The translations under genes and the position numbers were made by a program. A DNA stretch of 64,000 bases from an uncultured delta proteobacterium (GTDB taxonomy: Bacteria; Desulfobacterota; Desulfobacteria; Desulfobacterales; B30-G6). This document shows, piece after piece, positions 10,143 to 19,242 of the stretch (the first letter of the stretch is position 1; each line of letters begins with the position of its first letter). Where the stretch lies: positions 544,001 to 608,000 of the forward strand of contig CAWGLD010000001.1 of the NCBI GenBank assembly GCA_963823335.1, in the 5' to 3' direction. The notes beneath the pieces were generated by a model. It saw only the letters and a program-made list of their open reading frames with translations, was not told the DNA's origin and ran no database searches.

Positions 10143-10370
10143 TTAAATCTTTCACCCTTTCCCGTTGTAACCGATAACCACCTTTCCCTGATCGACGATC
10201 ACCGGGACCTTTCGGCCACCCTTTGAATATACAAGCATGCTATTCATCTGTGCCTTGTCCGACAGTACGTCGTGATACTCAACATATCGACCCGCCTTTT
10301 CAAAAGCTTCCCGAGCTTCGGTGGTATAGGGTCAGGTATTTTTCCCGAAAATAATAACTTTTTCTGACAT
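10143..10370 (-). CDS. Glutaredoxin-like Uxx-star selenoprotein, 75 aa, two Sec codons
   Basis: RBS AGGAGG + ATG; MSEKVIIFGKNT-U-PYTTEAREAF...RKVPVIVDQGKVVIGYNGKG-U-KI*; TGA at 10334-10332 and 10154-10152, each followed by a hairpin with G in the loop; absent from the ORF track. Confidence 0.85.
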
Positions 10371-10505
10371 GGGGCCTCCTTGTTGGATAAACATCATATC
10401 CGAAAGAACGGGCACAATTTAGATGCGAATATCTTGTAAACTCAGACAATTATCACAGGAAATATTTTATTAACAGTAAATCCGGCGAATGTCAACGATT
10501 GCGGA

Positions 10506-10534
10506 TTGACAATTGCGCGATGAATTGGTTAAAT
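10506..10534 (+). promoter_or_regulatory. Putative sigma70 promoter of ptsH-ptsI
   Basis: TTGACA-17 nt-TTAAAT with TG extension. Confidence 0.45.
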
Positions 10535-10642
10535 CGGGCGCCTAATAATCAGGCCGTTAGACTGTGGACTTTTAGGCTGCCAGGCTGTAGACTGTCAGCC
10601 ACCTACGGCCTGTTTACCTATAGCCTAATAGACTAATATGTC

Positions 10643-10924
10643 ATGAGAAATACCGGAAAGGCGTTTTCAAAAGATGTCACCGTGGTCAATGATCTGGGAC
10701 TACATGCAAGATCTGCTGCAAAAATTGCCGAACTTGCCAGGGCTGCGACCTCGAAAATCTGGGTGCAAAAAAACGAGAAGAGAGCCGATGCCAGAAGTAT
10801 TTTGGACCTTCTGACACTGGCATGTGACAAAGGATCAAAACTGACCATCGTAATTAATGACAGATCGGACATGCAGACCCTGAACCACATTGTCGAACTC
10901 GTAAAAAATGGATTTGGAGAATAA
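10643..10924 (+). CDS. ptsH: HPr phosphocarrier protein
   Basis: GLHARSAA (His15 site) and DARSILDLL (Ser46 region). Confidence 0.92.
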   Translation: MRNTGKAFSKDVTVVNDLGLHARSAAKIAELARAATSKIWVQKNEKRADARSILDLLTLACDKGSKLTIVINDRSDMQTLNHIVELVKNGFGE

Positions 10925-10930
10925 AACCGG

Positions 10931-12700
10931 ATGTTGGATAACAAGGAACATAAGGAGATTGTATTAACCGGAATCAGCGCCTCTCCCGGAATTTGCATCG
11001 GCAAGGCATACCTGGTGAATCGGGAAGGCGTGGATGTCATCAAGCGATATCAAATCCTTAATTCAGGTCTTCAAAATGAGAAGAACCGCTTTAAAAAGGC
11101 GGTTAAAGAGGCCAAGTCCGAGCTCAATGATATCATCGCCAATATCCCCGAAGACCTGAGTCAGCATTCCGATATTCTCAAATCCCATATGCTGCTCCTG
11201 AAGGACAAAATGCTCTTCGATCGGACCCTCGATACCATCGACCAGGAACGGGTGAACGCGGAATGGGCTCTCAAGAAAGTCGTCTCCGGTGTTATGGCCA
11301 TGTTCCAGGATATTTCCGACCCGTACCTGAAAGACAGGTCGAGCGATGTGGAGCATGTCTCGGAACGCATTATGCTGCACCTGGCAGGGGTCAACTCGGT
11401 CAAAATCGCCGACATTGATAAACGCGTCATACTCGTGGCCCACGATCTTTCCCCTGCCCAGACCAGCCAGATCAATCTTGAGCGTATCAAGGGATTCGTA
11501 ACGGTTCGGGGCGGTATCACCTCCCACACCAGCATTGTTGCCCGAACCCTGGGAATTCCCGCCGTCCAGGGGGTTGCGGATGCTAAAACCCAGATACACA
11601 CGGATGATATCATCATCGTAGACGGCTCACTGGGACGTGTTGTTATCAACCCTTCCGAACAGACCCTGGTTACACATGAAGAACGCCAGGCGCGATTTGA
11701 ATCTTTTCGGGCCAGCATTGCCAGAATCAGCCACCGGCCAGCTGAAACCACCGACGGGCTTCGCATCCGGGTGATGGGCAACATCGAACAACCCGAGCAG
11801 GTGGTATCGGTTATGGATAACGGCGGTGAGGGTATCGGTTTATATCGGACCGAATTTCAATACCTCGCTCTCACAAGATTTCCGAACGAAGATGAGCTGT
11901 TCGACAAGTACCGGGATGTGGTGGAGGTCATGCCTTCGGCACCGGTGACCATCCGGACCCTAGACATTAACGGCGACAAGGCTGTCCACAAGTCAACCTT
12001 GGTGGAATCCAATCCCGCATTGGGGATGCGGGCTATCCGCTACTGCCTGCAGCGTCCGGAAGTCTTTCAAACCCAATTGAGGGCCATCTTGAGGGCCGCG
12101 GCCTTTGGAGATGTGCGGGTCCTTTTTCCCATGATATCCACCTACGAAGAACTCATGGCATCCAAGAGAATGCTGAGCCAAGCCATGGAGACCCTCGACA
12201 AGTCGGGTATTGAATTCAACCGCGATGTTTCCCTGGGCGTGATGATCGAAGTGCCGTCCCTGGCGATCATGGCGGACAGAATCGCCCCTGAAGTCGATTT
12301 TTTCAGCATCGGCACCAACGATCTGATCCAGTATACCATGGCTGTCGACAGGACTAACAAGAATGTGGCCCATCTATACAACCCCCTTCATCCCGCAATT
12401 CTACGGTTGCTGAAGTTTGTTTCCGATGCCGCCAAGGATCACAATGTCCAACTTTTCATGTGTGGCGAAATGGCCGGGGATCCATTCAATCTCCCCATTC
12501 TGATGGGTCTGGGTATTGATGAATTGAGCATGAATCCACAGGCCATTCCCATGGCCAAGAATGTCATCCGAGCACTCTCTGCCGCTGAAACCCGACCGTT
12601 TTTAGATACCGTTCTCATGCAGACCACCGCCGAAGACGTTGAGAAACTTGTTCGTGAAGCATACGGAGACATCATAACCCAGGCAACATCACCGGAATAG
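10931..12700 (+). CDS. ptsI: PEP-protein phosphotransferase (Enzyme I)
   Basis: GGITSHTSIVAR, GIGLYRTEF, DFFSIGTNDLIQY, CGEMAGD. Confidence 0.95.
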   Translation: MLDNKEHKEIVLTGISASPGICIGKAYLVNREGVDVIKRYQILNSGLQNEKNRFKKAVKEAKSELNDIIANIPEDLSQHSDILKSHMLLLKDKMLFDRTLDTIDQERVNAEWALKKVVSGVMAMFQDISDPYLKDRSSDVEHVSERIMLHLAGVNSVKIADIDKRVILVAHDLSPAQTSQINLERIKGFVTVRGGITSHTSIVARTLGIPAVQGVADAKTQIHTDDIIIVDGSLGRVVINPSEQTLVTHEERQARFESFRASIARISHRPAETTDGLRIRVMGNIEQPEQVVSVMDNGGEGIGLYRTEFQYLALTRFPNEDELFDKYRDVVEVMPSAPVTIRTLDINGDKAVHKSTLVESNPALGMRAIRYCLQRPEVFQTQLRAILRAAAFGDVRVLFPMISTYEELMASKRMLSQAMETLDKSGIEFNRDVSLGVMIEVPSLAIMADRIAPEVDFFSIGTNDLIQYTMAVDRTNKNVAHLYNPLHPAILRLLKFVSDAAKDHNVQLFMCGEMAGDPFNLPILMGLGIDELSMNPQAIPMAKNVIRALSAAETRPFLDTVLMQTTAEDVEKLVREAYGDIITQATSPE

Positions 12701-12828
12701 GGGGAAGGGTATGAAGGGACCGAGGGTCCAGGGTTCGAGGGTGATACAAGGGTTGGAGAGTGGCTGAGGGCAGTGAGCGAAAGGCACCTAATCGTCTACA
12801 GTCTAAACCGCTAAAAGGCTAACCAGGG
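12701..12828 (+). repeat. G-tract post-stop element, copy A
   Basis: GGG(N)5-8 tracts then core TGGCTGAGGGCAGTGAGCGAAAGGCACCTAATCGTCTACAGTCTAAACCGCTAAAAGGCTAACCAGGG. Confidence 0.8.
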
Positions 12829-12840
12829 AGTTGACCGTCA

Positions 12841-13302
12841 ATGAATCAGGGTCATATAAAAAAGATCGCAGAAAACCGAAAAGCGCGTTACGATTTTCAT
12901 ATCGAAGATACCTATGAGGCCGGAATTGTACTGCTCGGGACTGAAGTTAAATCCCTCCGAACAGGCCGGGCCAACCTGAAAGACTCTTACGCCAAGGTTA
13001 CCAATGGGGAGGTGTTCGCACACCAGATTCACATCGGCGCTTATCCCTTCGCCTACTACGACAACCACGACCCTTTGAGGGTTAGAAAACTTCTTTTGAA
13101 AAATCATGAAATCAAACGGCTCTACGCAAAAGTCAACGAGAAGGGATATTCTCTGATACCCTTGAGCCTCTACTTCAAGGACGGCAAGGCCAAGATGACC
13201 CTGGCCCTGGCAAAAGGCAAACGCAAGTACGACAAACGGGAATCCATCAGAAGCCGAGATGAAAAAAGAGATCTGGATCGTCAGAGAAAAGAGTACAAAT
13301 AA
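12841..13302 (+). CDS. smpB: SsrA-binding protein
   Basis: NRKARYDF, EAGIVLLGTEVKSLR, RKLLL, GKRKYDKRE. Confidence 0.97.
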   Translation: MNQGHIKKIAENRKARYDFHIEDTYEAGIVLLGTEVKSLRTGRANLKDSYAKVTNGEVFAHQIHIGAYPFAYYDNHDPLRVRKLLLKNHEIKRLYAKVNEKGYSLIPLSLYFKDGKAKMTLALAKGKRKYDKRESIRSRDEKRDLDRQRKEYK

Positions 13303-13355
13303 AATCGCTGTGCGACTTTATTTGCGAATGCGTTCAGAGTAGATGGAGTACTCTC

Positions 13356-13733
13356 ATGTCACTGAAAAAAACACCGAACACATCCAACAACCGTGACCGG
13401 ATTGTTGCGGAAGCCCGTCGCGAACAGGCGCGTCGAGAAAAAAGCTACCGGGAACGGGCGCTCAAGATGTTCCCCTGGATATGTGGTCGTTGCGGTCGTG
13501 AATTTTCCGGACAGCGTGTTCGAGAACTGACCGTGCATCACAAGGATCACGACCACGACAACAACCCGCCGGATGGGAGCAACTGGGAACTGCTCTGCAT
13601 CTACTGCCACGACAACGAACACTCACGGGACCAGGTGGCAGAGTGGTACCAACAGACCCCTGCGGATGACGAGTCGTCTCCGGTGGTCGGCCACAAGCCC
13701 TTTGCCGGTCTTGCCGATCTTTTAAAAAAATAA
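13356..13733 (+). CDS. yajD: YajD-family HNH nuclease
   Basis: YRERALKMFPWICGRCGREF, LTVHHKDHDHDNNPPDGSNWELLCIYCHDNEH. Confidence 0.9.
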   Translation: MSLKKTPNTSNNRDRIVAEARREQARREKSYRERALKMFPWICGRCGREFSGQRVRELTVHHKDHDHDNNPPDGSNWELLCIYCHDNEHSRDQVAEWYQQTPADDESSPVVGHKPFAGLADLLKK

Positions 13734-13785
13734 TACCAGTATAAAATCGGGTAAGATCCTCTTTTCCCGAACACAAGGACTTGCA

Positions 13786-14994
13786 ATGAACAACCCGCCT
13801 GCAGTAGCCGTTGTCGGTACATTTGATTCAAAGGGAGAAGAACATCTGTTCCTCAAGAACCGTATTGAAGAATTGGGGCTCCAGGTGTTGACCGTAAATG
13901 TCGGGACCAGAGAACCCATTCCCTTCGAAGTATCCCATGACCTGTATGCGTCCATGAAAAAGGATGCGACACTGGATGACAGTAACCGGGACAAAGCCAT
14001 TCAGGGAATGATCCATGGAGGCATACAGTTAATAAAACAACTGTATCGCGATGGTAAAATCCAGGCCATGATATCCGCCGGCGGTGGCAGTGGAACGCAC
14101 CTCTGTTCCAGTATCATGCGCGAACTCCCTATCGGGGTTCCAAAGGTGATGGTTTCAACCGTTGCCTCTCGAGACATGAAGCACACTGTCGGCACCAAAG
14201 ACATCACCATGATGCACAGCGTGGTGGACCTGCTGGGGGTGAACAGCATTTCCGGAATTATTCTGGACAAGGCCGCAGCAGCCGTTTGCGGCATGACCAT
14301 GAGTCAATGGCGGCCTGCTAAAGACAAAAGACGTATTGCACTCTCATTTTTCGGCTTCATCACAAAATCGGCCGAAGCAGTTAAAAAGGCCCTGGAGGGC
14401 ATGGGCTATGAAGTGATTCCCTTTCATGCCAATGGCACCGGCGGTATGGCCATGGAGGAGCTGGCCGCAGAAGGATATTTTGACGGCATTCTCGATCTGG
14501 CAACCCATGAACTGGCCGATGCGTTGATGGGTGGCTACTGCAGCGGCATCGGGCCCGGGCGTTTCGAGCCGTCTGCGGGGAAAAATATTCCCCGGCTGAT
14601 CACACCGGGAGGTCTTGACTGTGCCGTGCTCGAATTTACTCGCCAGCATGTTCCCGAAGAATACAGGAACCGCAAGGTATTTTATTATGACTTCAGATCC
14701 GCCATTCGCCTCACCCTCGAAGAGAGCCGGGTACTGGCTGAACAGCTGTCTGACAGACTGAACAAGGACGTGAAAAATGTTCATGTCCTGGTTCCCACCC
14801 AAGGATGGTCCGAAGCAGACCAGCAGGACGGACCGCTGTATGACCCTGAAACAAATGCATATCTGGTTAAAATTTTCAAAGAAAAACTGGACAAACGCAT
14901 TCAGCTTCAGGAAATCGACATGCACATCAATGATCCTGGTTTTGCTCAAATTGCGGCCAATGTAATGGATCAGATGGTCAAAGAGCGCAGCTAA
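13786..14994 (+). CDS. Tm-1-like ATP-binding protein (UPF0261), paralog 1
   Basis: GTFDSKGEE, GGGSGT, LPIGVPKVMVST, FHANGTGGMAMEEL, HINDPGFA. Confidence 0.88.
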   Translation: MNNPPAVAVVGTFDSKGEEHLFLKNRIEELGLQVLTVNVGTREPIPFEVSHDLYASMKKDATLDDSNRDKAIQGMIHGGIQLIKQLYRDGKIQAMISAGGGSGTHLCSSIMRELPIGVPKVMVSTVASRDMKHTVGTKDITMMHSVVDLLGVNSISGIILDKAAAAVCGMTMSQWRPAKDKRRIALSFFGFITKSAEAVKKALEGMGYEVIPFHANGTGGMAMEELAAEGYFDGILDLATHELADALMGGYCSGIGPGRFEPSAGKNIPRLITPGGLDCAVLEFTRQHVPEEYRNRKVFYYDFRSAIRLTLEESRVLAEQLSDRLNKDVKNVHVLVPTQGWSEADQQDGPLYDPETNAYLVKIFKEKLDKRIQLQEIDMHINDPGFAQIAANVMDQMVKERS

Positions 14995-15034
14995 ATGTCT
15001 AACTCCGAATATCAAAAGCGGAGATCTTCCAAAA

Positions 15035-15913
15035 ATGATTATCAAACCCGATTGCATCCCCTGTATCTTGAACATGTCTTTGCACTATCTTCGCAAACTG
15101 TCCCTTGGCGAGGAACAGGTCAACAAGATCTGTTCAGATATTCTGACATTGCGACCCCTCAGGGGAGAGATATGGGATATCACCAGCCCGGAAATCATCG
15201 AGCCGATCATGAAGAAAATCATGTCCGCTGTCGGCAGTCACGATCCCTTTGCAGTTGAAAGGGTAAAGCAGAACCAGAAGATGCTGACGCTGTATCCACA
15301 GCTGCAAAAAATGGTAAAGACAGCTGAGCATCCATTTAAAGCAGCAGCACACCTCGCCGGTCTTGGAAATGCCATCGATGTCATGCTGGTGGGGGGTGCC
15401 ACAGATATTCAGAAAATCATCAAAGAACAACTCGCCGATCCTCTGCCGGAAAATGTATTAGAGATACTTGAAAAACGGATCATGAGCAGTCGCCACATTC
15501 TCTACTTTGGCGACAATGCCGGAGAAATCGTTCTGGACAGGCTGTTCATCGAAACGATCAAAGAGCACTATGATACAGACATTACCTTTGTGGTCAGAAG
15601 TATGCCGACCTTGAACGATGCAACCCTGAAAGATGCAGAACAGACAGGTATGGCCAATCTGGTGCGTGTCATGGAGAACGGTATCGATGGTCCTGTCCCC
15701 GGAACCCTGCTGAATCGATGCTCAGGTGAGTTGCAGCGTCTTTTTCAGGAGGCGGATCTGATCATATCCAAAGGCGGTGGGAATTTTGACACCCTGGATG
15801 AGCTGCCGGAGAAGCGCAAAAGCAAGATATCCTATCTGCTGCTGTCAAAATGCCGCCCCTACCAAGAGCATTTTGGTGTGGGATTGCAGCGGGCGATACT
15901 ATTTAACGCTTAG
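15035..15913 (+). CDS. DUF89/ARMT1-like damage-control phosphatase
   Basis: N-terminal CxxC (DCIPC), GNAID, DNAGEIVLD, LNDAT, ISKGGGNF, KC. Confidence 0.88.
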   Translation: MIIKPDCIPCILNMSLHYLRKLSLGEEQVNKICSDILTLRPLRGEIWDITSPEIIEPIMKKIMSAVGSHDPFAVERVKQNQKMLTLYPQLQKMVKTAEHPFKAAAHLAGLGNAIDVMLVGGATDIQKIIKEQLADPLPENVLEILEKRIMSSRHILYFGDNAGEIVLDRLFIETIKEHYDTDITFVVRSMPTLNDATLKDAEQTGMANLVRVMENGIDGPVPGTLLNRCSGELQRLFQEADLIISKGGGNFDTLDELPEKRKSKISYLLLSKCRPYQEHFGVGLQRAILFNA

Positions 15914-15927
15914 AGAACTTTAAAAAA

Positions 15928-16110
15928 GGGTTTGAGGGTGATACAAGGGTGGTACAAGGGTTCGAGGGGGATAAAGGGGTTCGAGGGTCAGAGGGGGATA
16001 CAAGGGTTGGAGGGTGGCTGACAGCAGTTAGCGAAAGGCACCTAATAGTCTACAGTCTAAACCGCTAAAAGGCTAACCAGGGGTGGAGGGTGGTACAGGG
16101 GTTGGAGGGA
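15928..16110 (+). repeat. G-tract post-stop element, copy B (longest)
   Basis: About ten GGG tracts, then the core TGGCTGACAGCAGTTAGCGAAAGGCACCTAATAGTCTACAGTCTAAACCGCTAAAAGGCTAACCAGGG. Confidence 0.8.
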
Positions 16111-16116
16111 AATAAC

Positions 16117-16328
16117 TGTCATTTGCTTCGCGTAAATGAAAATGTTTCAGCTGTTAGGTTTTAAGTGTTAGGTAAGTCACGGGCTAAGAGCAACAATAAA
16201 TTACGCGCGCAGCGCAAATGACAGCCGAAGGCGAAATGTCGCGCGCAGCGCAAATGTCGTCCGCTAGGACAAATGACGCACGAAGTGCAAATGACATCCG
16301 AAGGATAAATGACGCCTGAAAGGCGAAT
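16117..16328 (+). repeat. Mini-hairpin array 1 (7 units of ~18 bp)
   Basis: AAATG(A/T)C linker plus variable 4-bp stem with GCA/GAA loop; inverted unit TGTCATTTGCTTCGC upstream. Confidence 0.8.
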
Positions 16329-16342
16329 GCACAGGGGGGCCC

Positions 16343-17554
16343 ATGCAGAAACCAAGCGTACTTCTTGTGGCAACAATGGATACCAAGTTCAGGGAAGCCG
16401 GCTTCATAGAATCCTGTCTCAAAGAATCCGGCTGTGCGGTCACGGTTATGGATGCCGGGATTCGTGGCGATAGCCCCGTACCTGTCACAATTACAAGACA
16501 CGAAGTCGCCCGGGCCGGCGGAAAAACATTATCGGAAATTCAATCCATAGGCCACGAAGGCGAAGCTCTCAACATGATGCTCATGGGCGCCTGCAGGATT
16601 GCGGACGAAATGATCGCCAAGGGTGCCGTCATTGGTGTCATAAGTCTGGGCGGCTCCATGGGAACCACACTCGGTACGGGTGTCATGCGCCGATTTCCCA
16701 TCGGGGTCCCAAAGGTGATGATCTCCACCATGGCCTCCAGGGATACCCGCACGTTTGTGGGAACAAAAGACATTCTTATGCTGCACGCCGTCTGTGATCT
16801 CTCGGGCCTCAACCGGTTTTCGAGAAAAATACTCCACAACGGCGCCATGGCCCTCTACGGCATGGTGTCCCGGAGCCGGAAAGACATTTCATCAGACAAA
16901 TCCATGATCTTTATTTCCACTCTGGGAACCACCGAGAAATGTGTTCAGGAGATACGCGCCTCCCTCGAAAAACAGGGTAAGGAAGTCGTGGTCTTTCACA
17001 CGGTGGGTTCCGGCGGCAGAGCCATGGAAGAACTCATCGCCTCAGAACCGGTTGAAGCCCTGGTGGACCTCTCCCTGCATGAAATGGCGGATCATCGTTT
17101 CGGAGGGGATTACGATGCAGGACCTGACAGGGGTTCCGTGGCATTGAAAAAGGGGATTCCGGTCGTCCTGGTACCCGGAAATATCGATTTTCTTGTGTCA
17201 GGACCGCTGGAGCAGTCCCTGAAAGATTTTCCCGATCGGCCGTACCATGTTCACAATACAGCCATTACGGTTGTACGAACGACCCGTGAAGAGATTGAAA
17301 GCATTGCCCGGCATGTAGGGGATTATTGTAATGCCGCCCCTGGACCGTACACCCTGGTAATTCCCATGAAGGGATTTTCAGCCTTTGACGCCATAGAGGG
17401 GCCGCTTCACGACCCCCAGGCACCGACCTGCTTTGTCAAAGCCCTGGAATCCCAGCTGTCCGACACATCACGGATGCACACCCTGCCATACCACATCAAT
17501 GATTCCGGCTTTTCTGCAGCTGTGATTGAAAAGCTCCAAGAACTGTTGCCCTGA
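16343..17554 (+). CDS. Tm-1-like ATP-binding protein (UPF0261), paralog 2
   Basis: ATMDTKFRE, GGSMGT, FPIGVPKVMIST, FHTVGSGGRAMEEL, HINDSGFS. Confidence 0.88.
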   Translation: MQKPSVLLVATMDTKFREAGFIESCLKESGCAVTVMDAGIRGDSPVPVTITRHEVARAGGKTLSEIQSIGHEGEALNMMLMGACRIADEMIAKGAVIGVISLGGSMGTTLGTGVMRRFPIGVPKVMISTMASRDTRTFVGTKDILMLHAVCDLSGLNRFSRKILHNGAMALYGMVSRSRKDISSDKSMIFISTLGTTEKCVQEIRASLEKQGKEVVVFHTVGSGGRAMEELIASEPVEALVDLSLHEMADHRFGGDYDAGPDRGSVALKKGIPVVLVPGNIDFLVSGPLEQSLKDFPDRPYHVHNTAITVVRTTREEIESIARHVGDYCNAAPGPYTLVIPMKGFSAFDAIEGPLHDPQAPTCFVKALESQLSDTSRMHTLPYHINDSGFSAAVIEKLQELLP

Positions 17555-17560
17555 TCTCTA

Positions 17561-17935
17561 TCAGAAGCCATCAACAACCATCTTCCTGAAAAAAGCTATT
17601 GTGTCTTTTGCTTCAGTAATTACTGAATAAATAAGAACGCAAAACTGAAGACCAAAAATAACGCTTTCTAAAATAAAGAACTGTCTTGGGCTTGCGGTAA
17701 AAACAAGAAAAGGAACCAGTATCGCCGATAGCCAGAGAAAAATATAACGGAATATAATCTTTTTCTTCCGATTTTTTTCCCTTATCAGAGAAATAATTTT
17801 CAACATAACATAAACAATAATAATATCCGAGATGCTCCACAATATCCCTTGAACTTTTGTGGTCAACAGATAGGCTTCTGTTGAAAAGCTCTTACCTATT
17901 TCCCAAAAAAACATATCTGTTAATTCTGAGATCAT
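17561..17935 (-). CDS. Hypothetical membrane protein (AT-rich)
   Basis: 124 aa, about 3 hydrophobic segments; overlaps the upstream gene's stop. Confidence 0.65.
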   Translation of the reverse strand: MISELTDMFFWEIGKSFSTEAYLLTTKVQGILWSISDIIIVYVMLKIISLIREKNRKKKIIFRYIFLWLSAILVPFLVFTASPRQFFILESVIFGLQFCVLIYSVITEAKDTIAFFRKMVVDGF

Positions 17936-18528
17936 GCTAGCTTCTTTTTTAATAGGAAGAATATTTTAAGCCCAATCAGACCAACAATCCATTCTATGAT
18001 AATCCAGAACATCCCGCATATTTTGATGTAAAAAGTAAAAGAATTTTGTATGTTCCTATGGGTATACCCGTCCATATCGACCAATGAGCCAAGATATGAA
18101 TGGTAGGCAGCATAAAATGAAAAAAGACCTAGGAAGAATATACCCGGCCCAAATAAAAGAATCCTATTAAGTATTGGTTTTTTTCTCTCGATAACAATTC
18201 TTAACAGATTATAGATTTTGAAAACATAAATAACGATAGCCGCCTCGATTGCTACCCAGAGGGTGCAAAAGAAATTCCACAAATAGCTGTAATAGAAATA
18301 TCCTAATGGTTTGTATTTATTGCTTAAATACTTGTCGATATGTATCTCCTGGCCGAAGTTCAAACAGACAAGAAGAACAAAAACAGTGATACAAAAATAG
18401 ATAAATGCTATTTGCCGGGCGTCACCATTTTTAAGAAAAATAAACCCTTTTCTGATATAAATCATAACCAATCCTTCGGCGAACAGCCAAAAGATTCCCA
18501 TGATCTTTATAAAGAATGATAAACTCAT
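17932..18528 (-). CDS. Hypothetical membrane protein (AT-rich) with repeated W-x3-E helices
   Basis: 198 aa, about 5 hydrophobic segments; FWLFAE, LWVAIE, FWIIIE. Confidence 0.65.
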   Translation of the reverse strand: MSLSFFIKIMGIFWLFAEGLVMIYIRKGFIFLKNGDARQIAFIYFCITVFVLLVCLNFGQEIHIDKYLSNKYKPLGYFYYSYLWNFFCTLWVAIEAAIVIYVFKIYNLLRIVIERKKPILNRILLFGPGIFFLGLFSFYAAYHSYLGSLVDMDGYTHRNIQNSFTFYIKICGMFWIIIEWIVGLIGLKIFFLLKKKLA

Positions 18529-18561
18529 GTCTCTTAACCTGGATGACGCCTACAACATTTT

Positions 18562-19242
18562 CTAAACGAGCATATCCGTCAAATCCGCGATGCTGTCAAT
18601 GACGGCATCCGGGTTTTCCCGGCTCAACGCTTTATGGTCGTCAAACCCGGTGAGCACGCCAACCGTCTTCATCCCGGCTGCCTTACCCGCCTGAATATCT
18701 ATACGCGCATCCCCCACATACATGCAGTCCCGGGGCAGGACGCCAAGACTTTTACAGCCCTTTATCAATGGATCCGGCGCCGGCTTTTTACGGGGTGCAT
18801 CCTCTGCATGGATGATGAACTCCAGCAGCTTGTCAATGCCTGAGTCCACCAGTGTCGGCAGTTTGACCGCCATGCTTTGCCGGGGCGTGGATGTAACAAT
18901 GCCCATCCTGATCCCTTTTTGCACCATGGCCTGCAGGGCTTTTTTTGCATCAGGGATCAGTTTTACCTGGTTTCTGAAAAGATTTGGATATATTTCGGCA
19001 ATGATCTCACGGGTTTTCTTTATCAGGTGGTCTTTTTCTTGGGGTGTTTTTTTCGGGAACACACTGCCCCATTCAAAATCACCATTTTTTGCTGCCTCCC
19101 GAAGTCTGTCCCTGGAAGGCATCGGAAAATCGAGTCGATTGAATACTATTTCAATAATCTGGTAGTATATGTGAATGGAGTCCAGAATCGTTCCATCGAG
19201 GTCAAACAAAACAGCAGTCACATTAATTTTCTTATTGTTCAC
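18562..19242 (-). CDS. HAD-family phosphatase (Gph/PpaX-like)
   Basis: FDLDGT, VTS, KKPAPDP, YVGDARID. Confidence 0.9.
   Translation of the reverse strand: MNNKKINVTAVLFDLDGTILDSIHIYYQIIEIVFNRLDFPMPSRDRLREAAKNGDFEWGSVFPKKTPQEKDHLIKKTREIIAEIYPNLFRNQVKLIPDAKKALQAMVQKGIRMGIVTSTPRQSMAVKLPTLVDSGIDKLLEFIIHAEDAPRKKPAPDPLIKGCKSLGVLPRDCMYVGDARIDIQAGKAAGMKTVGVLTGFDDHKALSRENPDAVIDSIADLTDMLV

Noticed and set aside
12841-13790. tmRNA gene or integration site next to smpB
   Set aside because: No ssrA-like ends, att repeat or integrase seen.
16197-16328. CRISPR array interpretation of the 18-bp units
   Set aside because: The constant part is only 7 nt and the variable part is an 11-nt self-complementary hairpin reused between arrays; no cas genes in the window.
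16184-16501. Minus-strand ORFs with SFALRA/ICAAR peptide repeats
   Set aside because: By-product of the 18-bp DNA repeat; the variation preserves base-pairing, not amino acids.
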